A stretch of 55,711 bases of DNA, the filler included, from Catajapyx aquilonaris (taxonomy: Eukaryota): the NCBI GenBank assembly GCA_000934665.2. It is 3 parts of 3 records of this genome, joined end to end, with 100 filler letters (N's around TTAATTAATTAA, not from the genome) between each part and the next. Parts side by side here need not be neighbours in the genome. Positions count along the whole stretch, not along the records: positions 18,590 to 37,110 come from JYFJ02006680.1; positions 37,211 to 55,711 come from KZ539574.1; 1 more part is not named here. The stretch is one strand, 5' to 3'. Position numbers and translations under genes: made by a program. The notes under the pieces are model-generated. The model worked only from the letters and a program-made list of their open reading frames with translations, searched no databases and was not told the origin of the DNA. Shown here one piece after another: positions 36,663-55,711 of the stretch; position 1 is the stretch's first letter, and every line of letters begins with the position of its first letter.

Positions 36663-36867
36663 CAGGGTGGTCCAACATCAAGTGTCGTTTTATAACGGCT
36701 ATTAATAGAAGCGCTTTACGATTGACGTAGCAGCGACGTGTAAAATTGCCCACTTCGATGGTGCCGAAGATGCGCCGAAGTGGGACATTTACGCGTTTAC
36801 TACGTCATCGCAAAATCACTGCTATTAATCGCCGTTATAAAACGACACTTGATGTTGGACCACCCTG
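36663..36867. mobile_element. Tc1/mariner-type foldback MITE, copy 2 (opposite orientation)
   Basis: TA|CAGGGTGGTCCAACATCAAGTGTCGTTTTATAACGG ... CCACCCTG|TA. The asymmetric arm (aaaatcactgctatt) is inverted relative to copy 1. Confidence 0.85.
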
Positions 36868-37110
36868 TATACCGATACTCCTTTCTAGTATAAAAACAAT
36901 AAAACATTTTCCCCATTAAATATCCTCCTGAGACCTGAGAAGAATTTTTTAACGCCATGTCAGTTCCTATTGCATTTTCTGAACATGTTCCCAATAAGAA
37001 ACAAGAAAAAATTTTTAGTTTTAAAATATCGACAAAAATGGCGACAAACAACCAATGGGAACATTAGGACCCAATTGGTGCTACAAAAGCAGAACGGATG
37101 AAAGCTGAAA

Positions 37111-37210
37111 NNNNNNNNNNNNNNNNNNNNNNNNNNNNNNNNNNNNNNNNNNNNTTAATTAATTAANNNNNNNNNNNNNNNNNNNNNNNNNNNNNNNNNN
37201 NNNNNNNNNN
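37111..37210. other. Assembly gap with artificial TTAATTAATTAA linker
   Basis: 100-bp block of Ns containing ttaattaattaa at 37155-37166. Confidence 0.95.
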
Positions 37211-37664
37211 TGCCCCCTCAAAATTGGGTCACGAGGTCATTTTGATCAGGTAACTATAGGTGCGTTTTTCATCCCTTTGGGTGGGCTACCTATGCACCGA
37301 ATTTGAATAAAATCGGTGAGGTCAAAATTTGACCTCTGATCCCCTCCAATATGGGTCACAGGGTCATTTCGAGCAGGGAACTATAGGTGCGTTTGCCATC
37401 CCTTGGTGTGGGCTACCAATGGACCGAATTTGAGGAAAATTGGTGAGGTCAAAATTTTATGATTTGACCTCTGCCCCCCTCAAAATTGGGTCACAGGGTC
37501 ATTTTGATCAGGTCACTATAGGTGCGTTTTTCATCCCTTGGGGTGGGCTACCTATGCACCGAATTTGAAGAAAATCGGTGAGGTCACAAAATTTCCGGAA
37601 AAGGGGGAAAAAAAACTCAGGCCCTGGGGTAATGCAATCCCTCAAAAACTCCGCCATCAAAGGG
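37211..37664. repeat. Tandem array of about 127-135 bp units ending in a piggyBac-like terminus
   Basis: Units start near 37214, 37341 and 37476 (cccctc.aa.a.tgggtcac...ctataggtgcgttt...gggctacc.atg.accgaatttga...ggtgaggtca). The array ends ...catcaaAGGG|TTAA, and its left part is lost in the gap. Confidence 0.75.
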
Positions 37665-37731
37665 TTAAAGAAACTATAGGGCTAGTGGCAACTGTAAATA
37701 ATAGTTTTATAAATTATTACCATTGCTCTCA

Positions 37732-37737
37732 TTTATT
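37732..37737 (-). terminator. Candidate FASN polyadenylation signal AATAAA
   Basis: tttatt on the + strand, about 275 nt downstream of the FASN stop codon. Confidence 0.45.
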
Positions 37738-38010
37738 AACAAAACATACAAGGTACACTAATATGAACAGTTATGTGTAGGATTGGACACCCATGATTAC
37801 AACTTGATGTTATTTTCTGCTGATCACTTCATAAGTTCAGTAAAAACAGACATATATGGCGTAGAAATGTGATTGAGCCAAGGACTGTAAATACTTTGTA
37901 CATTAAAAACCCATTCATGAGCAGGTATCAGTGCAATAATAAGCCTGCTTTTGTTATGGCATACAATAAATAAAATAACATATCGAAAAATTGATATCTC
38001 AAAGGAGCTT

Positions 38011-46942
<8,932 letters not shown>

Positions 46943-48062
46943 TCTTCTGCAGATTCCAAAAACCAGGAAGTGATAAATAGCCTTCTTTTAGATGCTGACG
47001 TCCAGCCTACAATACAAAAATTGATTTTGTCATAATTTTTGGCTGTACATTTTATGATTTCATAATGCTAGAATTTGATACTGGTATATTATTACTACTT
47101 GCTTAATATGCTGTTTCATATCAGGCAAAAAAGAACTCATTCATAAATATGGAAAGAATTTCAATTGCAAAGTGAAAAAATATAATTTAAGTTATCTCTA
47201 AATAATTGCACTTCAAAGTAGGTAATAAGCCAACCATACCTCAAACAACGTTTATAAAGTGAATCTGTCCTTTACTTTTAGACTACATATGCTCATGATC
47301 CGAAGGGTTCTTAATGGTGTCAGTAGCCTGCCAGAATGCAAAGTCTGCTGATTCGTCATGTAATAGCCTGAGAAGTCTATAGGCAAAAAGATTGCAAACC
47401 CTCATCTAAGACCTTTCACATGTAGATTACGGCTGGTTAAGGCCATTAAGCAAGCGCAATAGACCCGTGAATAAAAGTCTAGAAGCAGTTCAGAAGTTCA
47501 GAACGGAAGTGAAGGCTCTTTTGAGACCTTCACTATGCAGGAGATACCCTTATGAACCTAAGGAAGTAGGCCGGTTGGCAAATTGGCAAGATGTTCCGAT
47601 TTTCCTGTATCAGTAATACTGTAACCTTTTATCAGTGAAACAAATTCCAGATCACTTCTAGCCACTCGTTATCTGTCAGAAACACATAATTAGCCGAATA
47701 ATTAATCTAACACTGATACATTGTGGTCAAGACTCTGGCATGGATTTAAGTAGTTTGTTCTTATATGTAACTGTTTTTTTTTCGACCTTCAATTCAGAAC
47801 TGAGCCAATTCTGACGAGTTTTTAAAATGTTTAATTTAAATCGAGGAAGCAATCATTCCGAGTCATCCAAGCTAATCCGTCCAAATAATTAAGAATTCAC
47901 TTTCGCATTAGTAGCCTACAATACGAACAAAAGCTCCCAATTGACAGTCAGACAATAGTAAACGGCACTCGCACACACACGCACCCAAAATCCTATACAG
48001 TAAGCAGTGAACAGATAATTTAGTCATTAATTGCCGCTAAATTTACGATTAATCACTATTAA

Positions 48063-48328
48063 CCCTGGAATCGTGACGTGGGGTCTTTTTATAGGACCCC
48101 ATGCCAGATTTTTATTTTTATTTATTTTTATATAACACTTTTCAATGTATTGACTACATATGCAATAATTCTTTGAACAATGCCTAAAATGATCGCTAAT
48201 TCAAAATAAACATGCACTTCCTGTTATGTAATACTTTTTTTTAAATGGCAACAGTTCATTGTAATTTCAATTTTAATGCATTTTAATTCCTTCGAGGTCC
48301 TAAAATACCCCACGTCACGGTTCCAGGG
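48063..48328. mobile_element. piggyBac-type MITE in FASN intron 1
   Basis: TTAA|CCCTGGAATCGTGACGTGGGGT ... ACCCCACGTCACGGTTCCAGGG|TTAA. Confidence 0.85.
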
Positions 48329-48538
48329 TTAAAGTATAAAATAAATATAATAAAAACACATTTCAACAATGAGTTAAACTTAATAAGCATTTATTTATTC
48401 ACTTTATTCCATTATGTACTTTAATCGTTAATGGGGGAGACAGCCATCAGGACCGGATAATTTGCTTTAAATTTTCTATATTATTATCGAAAGCTGGATA
48501 TCGAATTAAAATCCCCACCTCCGATTTCGTATATGAAA

Positions 48539-48617
48539 AGGGGTTGGATCGAAACACTTGATAACCCTCCTACTCTAGGCTACTGTGAGGGTTATCAAGT
48601 TTTTCGATCCAACCCCT
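48539..48617. repeat. Inverted repeat (hairpin) in FASN intron 1
   Basis: aggggttggatcgaaa(c/a)acttgataaccctc pairs with gagggttatcaagtttttcgatccaacccct around a short loop. Confidence 0.7.
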
Positions 48618-48963
48618 CATAATATAGGGCAATATAAAAAAGACCTGTAAACAATATTGAAATTTTAATGAGTCGAGATTGCGTCAATTAGATATTAAGA
48701 CGCCTATAATTTTCATGTATTTGGAGTTAATTATAATCTTTGCACTGCTATCGGTGGATTAACAAGAAAATAAACTGCTATTCGGTCACGATAAAAAAAT
48801 CAGGAAATACATCGGCATCTTGCATATAAGCAATTAATCAATACGTTGAATACGCAATTAAGTCGCGTCCAATAAAGTTAATTAAGCAAATAAATAAATA
48901 AGCAAAAAATTTAATTCAGTGTACAATTCAATATCGCATAAGTATATCAAAAAAGGGACTCAC

Positions 48964-49110
48964 CTGTATTCTGATCACCTGGAAAGATGCAAGAAGCTGA
49001 TCAATTGCTGATCAATCCAAACAAGGCGCACAAACCGCCGTATAAATAAATCCAAGAGCCACTTGGTGCCTGTAGTGGGTGTCCAATCCACTAAAATCAC
49101 TCTGTTGTGA
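48964..49110 (-). other. FASN: Non-coding first exon of FASN (splices to the acceptor at 47006)
   Basis: Strong donor ACAG|GTGAGT at 48964/48963; acceptor tttttgtattgtag| at 47006, 64 nt before the ATG; TATAAAT about 29 bp upstream of a TCA initiator-like site near 49108. Confidence 0.65.
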
Positions 49111-49430
49111 AGGAATGGGCTTTCGGATCAATTTATACGGCCGGCACAGTGGCATGATCTGGTCTCATGCCTGCCATCCAATCGCCGGCCTCGTGGTCGC
49201 AGCGCAACTCACTCCATGCGCGCCACAGTTCTGACGTCACTTTCCCACAGACCCGCCCGCCACTTCCCATGAGACACGTTCGTGAGTGAGGAGCACCTCC
49301 TTGCATATTACGCCATGTGGACACTCACATCTGCACATATCAACCATATTTGAATTACCTATAATAACAACCCCATATGGCATTGAATGACTTTGTTTAA
49401 TTGGAGGTGCTGTCAATTGCCGGAAGTACG
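49111..49430 (-). promoter_or_regulatory. FASN core and proximal promoter
   Basis: TATAAAT (49137-49131); CCAAT (49178-49182, inverted relative to the gene); CRE TGACGTCA (49232-49239); GC box CCCGCCCGCC (49252-49261); SRE-like CTCACTCCAT (49208), CTCACTCACG (-, 49290-49281) and ATTACGCCAT (49307); ETS CCGGAAGT (near 49420). Confidence 0.65.
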
Positions 49431-52400
49431 TTCCTAGATGGTTGAACCATTTTTTGTGATATAAGGGGTTTAACCAATTTTTAGTTTCCAGAATAGCACT
49501 GTGGTGCATTTGAATACACATTTCTTATAAATGCAGCGGGAAGGCTACGACTTCCAAAATCATAATAATTCAGCTCATTTATGAAGGACTGCGTAACTCC
49601 TGAGAGAAGAGATTCCCATTGGGGGTAGCATTATTTCCTCGATGAACTTCGTGAGTCATCACTTTCATCTGGTTTACTTCGCTAGTGGGTATTGTAAAAA
49701 TGTCCGGTACATATTATGATATATGGAGCTATATGACAGGCACCATGTGGCACTGCAGGATTGGAGTCACAGCATATGCATGCACAATATTATACCATAT
49801 TTACCATATTCTTCGATATTTACTTTTTCCAAGTTATTTGGAACGTCATCAGGAGACCCGGTAAAAAAAAGTATCATACAAGTGAACTTGTAAATAAACT
49901 GTTAAGAAATTATCGAAATTGCCGTTTGTGTCATTGGGGAGAAATTGGTTATATATAGCGCTTTAAAAAAAAAAAATCAAAAAAGGCCAAGTCTCTTCTA
50001 ATGGTGTATTGCCTTGAGAGATATGAGCCAGGTAATTATGTGAGGATAATTCAAAGTCGCGTTCGTATAAGGTGGATTGGCATTGCTAAACCGCGACTTG
50101 CTCAATAATCACGCAGCACATTCGTTGCTAAAGGCTGATTGTATCAGCGTAAATTAAGGAAAATATTCCGACTATTTAAAAATGCACAATGCCTAATAGG
50201 CGATATTACTGTAATTTGCGCTAATACAACCGGTTCTACACAGTGTTTTTGTCCGGTTTCTGCGAATTGGATGTCGGGAAGTCATTTCACAGTCTACGCG
50301 TATGCCCACTTTTTTCTGAAAAGTGTTTCGTCCATATGGCTTCGCTGAGTATCGTTTTCGGAAAGTGTGCACGCAACTACAGGTATTTTACATACGTAAT
50401 GATGCGCATAGGACAGTTTCCAGGAAGACACAATTTTTTTTAAAAAAAGACAAAAATTAGTAATATTAATCTTTTGATGCACCCGCACAATGAAATTATC
50501 ACCGAAATTAATTCATATCATATCGTCCCAAAATTTGCACATTGTTTTAAATTGGTTTCCGACAATATTTTCATAAGTTCCGCACTTCCGTACTTTATTC
50601 GCAGGTATATTTACGCCGCATTTGCCAGCCGATTTGTTAGTCAATAAAACGTCACGTAAATTAATACTAATGTCGACATGGTAATTTTAATTAGACTCTG
50701 CCCACATTTCATAACGCCTAGCATCCAATTTCCTGATTATGCACGCCTATCATCCACATGCATACACGTGCTGATAAAAATGACAAAATATCGGACTAAT
50801 TCACTTTGAGCGGCTGTGCCCGTGACCTTGGTCTACTATCGTTTCATGTGATAGACTACTCATACAAACACTCGCAGCAGGTCTGGTAGGCAACTAGGTG
50901 GTCGATCGATTTCGCGACCCACTGACCTCTAGGTTTTGACACATACTACAGGTGCAAACCACTCTTAGGACAGCTGCCACATCGCAGATTATACTGACAT
51001 ATCTTGACCCGAGAAGTGCATAAGTACCTGAAGGACAATACTGTAGGTCAATCGAAATGGCCAGGTCAGTTAAATTATTTTTTTGCCATTGTAAGTTGGT
51101 TATGGGTAACTGGTGGTACCGTACGTTGTACTGTACACCGGTGGAAAACATTGCGTGATAATATCATACAATGGCGTAAACAATATTTTTTTCTGGTATA
51201 TCTTGCAAAACTTACTGCACTCTTCTATTCCCACCGGCATGGGCTATTAGCCCGACACGTACACAATGCACACGCGTTAGGGCGTCGCATGTATACCGTA
51301 CGCTGCTTGTTATTTAATACCGTGCATTCGGCTTTTTCCTTGAATTCGGAAGTTGTGGCAAAAGTTGATGACTGTAACAATGACCAAAATTAGTCAAAAA
51401 ATTTGTACCCCACGGTGTCTCTTATTTTGGTATGAGAATTTGGCACAGCATACATCAGGGAAGGGGGGAGAGGGTTTGGGACTTCGCCCGTATTAAATAT
51501 TACCACAGCCAGCATGCTGAAGGCCTTATCGAAGTTCCCCAAAAGGCCAGTTCAAGGTCAAGTGCACTGAGCAATTCTAGGGTAAAAAGTGCTGCATATT
51601 CAAATCCCTAAATTACTTCCTAATCATTCTTATTTCATCACGCAGGCTGTCACAATTTTGTGTTATCAAATCGCTTTAGGCGTGGACCTGATTATTTAAT
51701 CCACAGCACTTACGATGTAACTTTACGGAAGTAAAACTGAAAGTAGGAAATGAATGTTTGTGTTAATTCGGTGTTTATATGCTTTTATTTTAATTTTTAA
51801 TATTTGTTTAATATTTTTCAATCAAGGAAAATGATTACTGAAGTCCACCTTGTAGTAAAATTAAAACCAGTTGTATGCAGTACAGTACAACCGGAGTTCA
51901 AGATAAGGTAGGCTATGCATCATTAGCTGAAAATTGCGACAAATATGCAGAGTGATAACGTCTCTTCGGATAATCTTCACCTGACCTGAGCAGATGCGTA
52001 ATTGTCTAGTTCCTGACAAATATTTGCTCTTTAAAATTTTGTTTGAGGGTCTAGTCATCAAGGTAGAGTCACACTTGAAGTTCCAGTTATTATTCAGAGA
52101 ATAGGCAGGAGAAACCACCGAGTTTCACTCTCATCGAACATTGCACAACCACCAATAAAAATTATCGTGGTATTGTGAATTTTTTGTTACCCAACGTGAT
52201 AACTTCGGGCGATAAGAGGTTCGGCAAGACGAGGTGTTGCCATGCCCTGCATATGGTAATATATTTATATTCTAATAAGGTTTTTATTGGGGATTTGCAG
52301 GCCTCATTATTTCCTCAAAGTACTAAGATTTGTGGTGTAAAGGGTTTGGTGTGAAGAAAGTGAAAACTATAGTTTCGATATGGTGACACTCAACGGAGAT

Positions 52401-53557
52401 ATAAGGGTCAAAACTATGGGAATTTGCAATTTTTCGACCTTGAAAGGGTCGAAGAAGTTAGATGGAATAGGCAAGAATTTTACTTTTTATAGCAATGGTA
52501 CACGAATCCCAATTTGTACAGGCGCATTTTGTTCTTTAAAATCAATATTAAATAAAATCAATGGAATGCATAGTACTTTCTTCAGTTAGTGTGGGCATTA
52601 CAAGGGGAAACCTCGTCAATTTCATTCCATGGAAATTTTTATAAACAACATACAACTCAAAAAATTGATCCTCATTCATACCGTCGCTATCAAAATTGAA
52701 AAAATACAAATATAATTATGCACATTTCACCAAACTCCTGTGAACTTTTCAAGGTCAAAATATTGCAAATTCCGATGTTTTGACCCCTGCATCTCGGCTG
52801 ATTGTCACCCTTTCGTAATTATAGCCATCACATTCTTCAGTCACAATATTCTGAACATTTACCACCAAAATATTCGTACCAGGAGCAAAATAAAGGCTTC
52901 CTACAAATTGCATATCTTTCTTTGGTTGACATTCAAGTTGCAGGAGGGGGAAAATATTCCAAATATTCCCCGGTCAGACATCTTCAGTCTTTGGTCTTGG
53001 GAAATACATTTTAATAAACCATGCATTCCAAGTCCTTGTTCCCACTAATTTTTATTCGCACTCCCCCCCCCCCNNNNNNNNNNCCCCCCCCCCCCTTACC
53101 TCACATTCCTACGTATAATTATGTCACCCGCCCCTATATGGGGAAGTGATGGTTGGACCAAAAGAGGTCCGGGTGGGGTTCTATTTCGGAATATTTTCCG
53201 GCGCTTCTAAAACTCGGATGTTAGCAAGTATGGTATGATACGTAATCTGTATGACACCTATGGTGCTTGATAGTGTCTACAAAAAAAGTGGATCTAGAAT
53301 TTCAAAACAATGTTCGTGAGCTGTGATACAGCAGTTGTCAGAATTTGCGAATTTGCAATTTTTCGAGTTTCAAATGACCATAGAAGGCCCTGAAAATCTT
53401 CAACTATTTTTATCATTGCTATTGCTAAATGATAACGTATTTTTGAGTCACAAATTCACTAAAATTCACATTTAATTAATTTGATGATTGCACAATACTT
53501 TTTGCACCATGTGGCAACCATTCAAAATGGGGTTGATAAGTAAAAGTGGTCATTACA

Positions 53558-53558
<1 letters not shown>

Positions 53559-53618
<60 letters not shown>
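53559..53618. repeat. (TTA)n microsatellite
   Basis: About 20 TTA units. Confidence 0.95.
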
Positions 53619-53620
<2 letters not shown>

Positions 53621-55711
53621 GCTATTTTGGTGAAGAATATGTCACTCGACAAATTGGACATCGCCTACCAATGTCATAAACTCTAAATATTTGAGCTTCA
53701 TGGATCCGTTTTAAACATGAAAAAATTGCAAGGTGGTAAATGATACGAAAATAAATGGTAAATAAAGTGAAAGTTAATCTCTGCGCAGCTCTTCATCTAC
53801 TTGTTACCATCTAGTATACCATCTAGTTCTCCAGTTGCACCATTCGCAATTCTCGTCAGGGTTCGGCTTGATCAATAATTGATTATTACGTTTTAAAGTC
53901 ACTTAATTGTTTCTTAAGTTTATTATTAACCTAATGTGGGATAGTGGTAAATCCATATTGAAGTAACATTCTATATGAAATGTGTCAAAGACGTGAAGTT
54001 GCCATGTATTTCACTTGAAAATTCCAAAGTACAGTACAGCACAATACAGCAGCTCCTAGCAAATGCATTGACATAACAACTCCGTGTAGTCGCGAGGAAG
54101 TGGTCGCCCTAACTTATCGTGTTCGGGATGATGTACAGCGAGTGCCATTAAGATAAGGCGGTGGGTCAGGGCTGCCTTATGCAAGCTTGGATGTACTATA
54201 CAATAAGCCCGATAATCCGAATAAATAATTAGGCGACCTTGACAAGGGACTGTCATGCTTTCGGAGACAAATATCCAAGCAAATATCCAAATTCTCAACT
54301 AAAGGCAAAAAAATGTAAAAACCTGTTTGTGATCCCCCCNCCCCCCCCCCGAGACATCGACAAATGGACATTTGCTTACGTTAGATGGAATAAACATGAG
54401 CCACAGAGTTCATAATTATTTGGTCACCACATCATAAGGAGCAATGACATCTTCCAGGTCAGCAGAGAAGTATGTTGTACAGCGACAACTCATGTGAATC
54501 ATGCGAGTAGCCTACGAGATGTTAAAAATCAGGTTCTACCTCAGTCTAACAATTACTGTACTGCACATTAGGTGGTAAAAATTTAAGGACATCCCCACGT
54601 TTCTTCCCGTGTCATTGCAGAATGAGCATGTCTTCATTATTTTGTTAACAGGCAAATTCCACGCACAGCCTTATCTGAATGAAACTCACTTTTCCGACAG
54701 GCCAACATGATAACCGAGAGAGATAAAGTTGTGATATGTCACGCGTTTGACGTAAGGAATCTCGGAAATAATCATTCGCAAGGCCTGACAACGCCGCCCT
54801 TTTCTGAACCTCTAATCGCCCTCAGTTATTGCCGCAAGTTGTCTGCTGGAGTGGGTGGCATTCAGATAATGCGTTGGATGGGATCTGCCTTTCAGTGCTG
54901 GATTCAGTATACACGTTCTCTATTCTGGTGCCCAGACTTGTTTTACTGTAAAAGTTTCGACTTAAGTCAGGCTATACCATATTCAGCCTTAGAATATAGA
55001 ACAGAAGTCACAAGCATATAATTACATTACTTACAACTTACATTGTGGCGTCACTATTCTATACATTACGGGAGGGTAAATGGTAACTTTGTAATAAATA
55101 ATACGATGACTAGCCCTAGAATTAGTCACAGACGTATATAATCCGAAATAAGAAGGATGGGACATTCCATCCTAATTTGCATAGTCCTATAGCTACGACG
55201 CTAGGGCATGAGTCAAGTGTTGTTGTTCTGTGAAGACCAGCACTACATGCTGGGTTTCACGTGATCACCCATGCCCTGCCATGAGGTCCTGTAACCTTGC
55301 CGTCCCAGTTACAAATTGCAAAATACCAATTGGGGCAATAGCGCTTGCTCAATTTGTGATCCCTAAAATGGCGATTTGTTCTCTCTCACTAAACATCTAT
55401 AGCTTTCCTGGTTGTTTGTGTTGGTATTCAATAAGTTGCACTGATATTTCGAGGAGTAAGATAATAAGTATTCGACAAAAACTTATAATATTTATCATTA
55501 GATGCACTGTAGAGTACATATCAATTTGTCTTCACACACACAATTCATACTATATTCCACTGAACATTATATTTCTAAACTATATTTCCACTGAACATTG
55601 TAGTCTAAATATTGAATCAGGCAGACTTTTTCTCCGTAAATTTAAACTGCACTTGTTAATAATGAAAGCATTAATATATTCGAGTACGGGTCTATTGTAA
55701 AAACGCAAAAA

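Noticed and set aside
37211..37600. CRISPR-like regular repeats (also 651-710 and 26343-26430)
   Set aside because: Eukaryotic context, and the units are head-to-tail with no unique spacers and no cas genes.
52330..53720. Probable repeat-derived DNA upstream of FASN
   Set aside because: It looks transposon-like, but I could not define termini, a TSD or a second copy within the window.

Overview
Eukaryotic (arthropod-like) genomic DNA with spliceosomal GT-AG introns, not a prokaryotic region. Four protein-coding genes can be assembled exon by exon with consistent splice phases. (1) An RSRC1/SRrp53-like SR-related gene on the - strand; its last exon lies left of the window, and intron 2 holds a decayed RTE-type LINE fragment. 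(2) Head-to-head with it, a complete Nck/dreadlocks (dock) SH3-SH3-SH3-SH2 adaptor on the + strand (416 aa). (3) Tail-to-tail with dock, an SLC22/Orct-like organic cation transporter on the - strand (511-548 aa). (4) A complete type I animal fatty acid synthase on the - strand (18 coding exons, about 2383 aa, all catalytic motifs intact), with a non-coding first exon and a TATA/CCAAT/CRE/GC-box/SRE-like promoter. Intronic and intergenic DNA is dense with small mobile elements: two tRNA-derived SINE families sharing a 3' tail, two non-autonomous Helitrons, and hAT-, Tc1/mariner-, piggyBac-, PIF/Harbinger- and Kolobok-type MITEs, some nested. Two N-gaps carry an artificial TTAATTAATTAA linker. 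I see no clear novel multi-gene system. The best leads are regulatory or structural: the FAS promoter, an RSRC1 uORF, a possible dock/SLC22 3' overlap, an orphan first exon near 28.2 kb, a possible decayed ionotropic receptor, and the SINE tail sharing.
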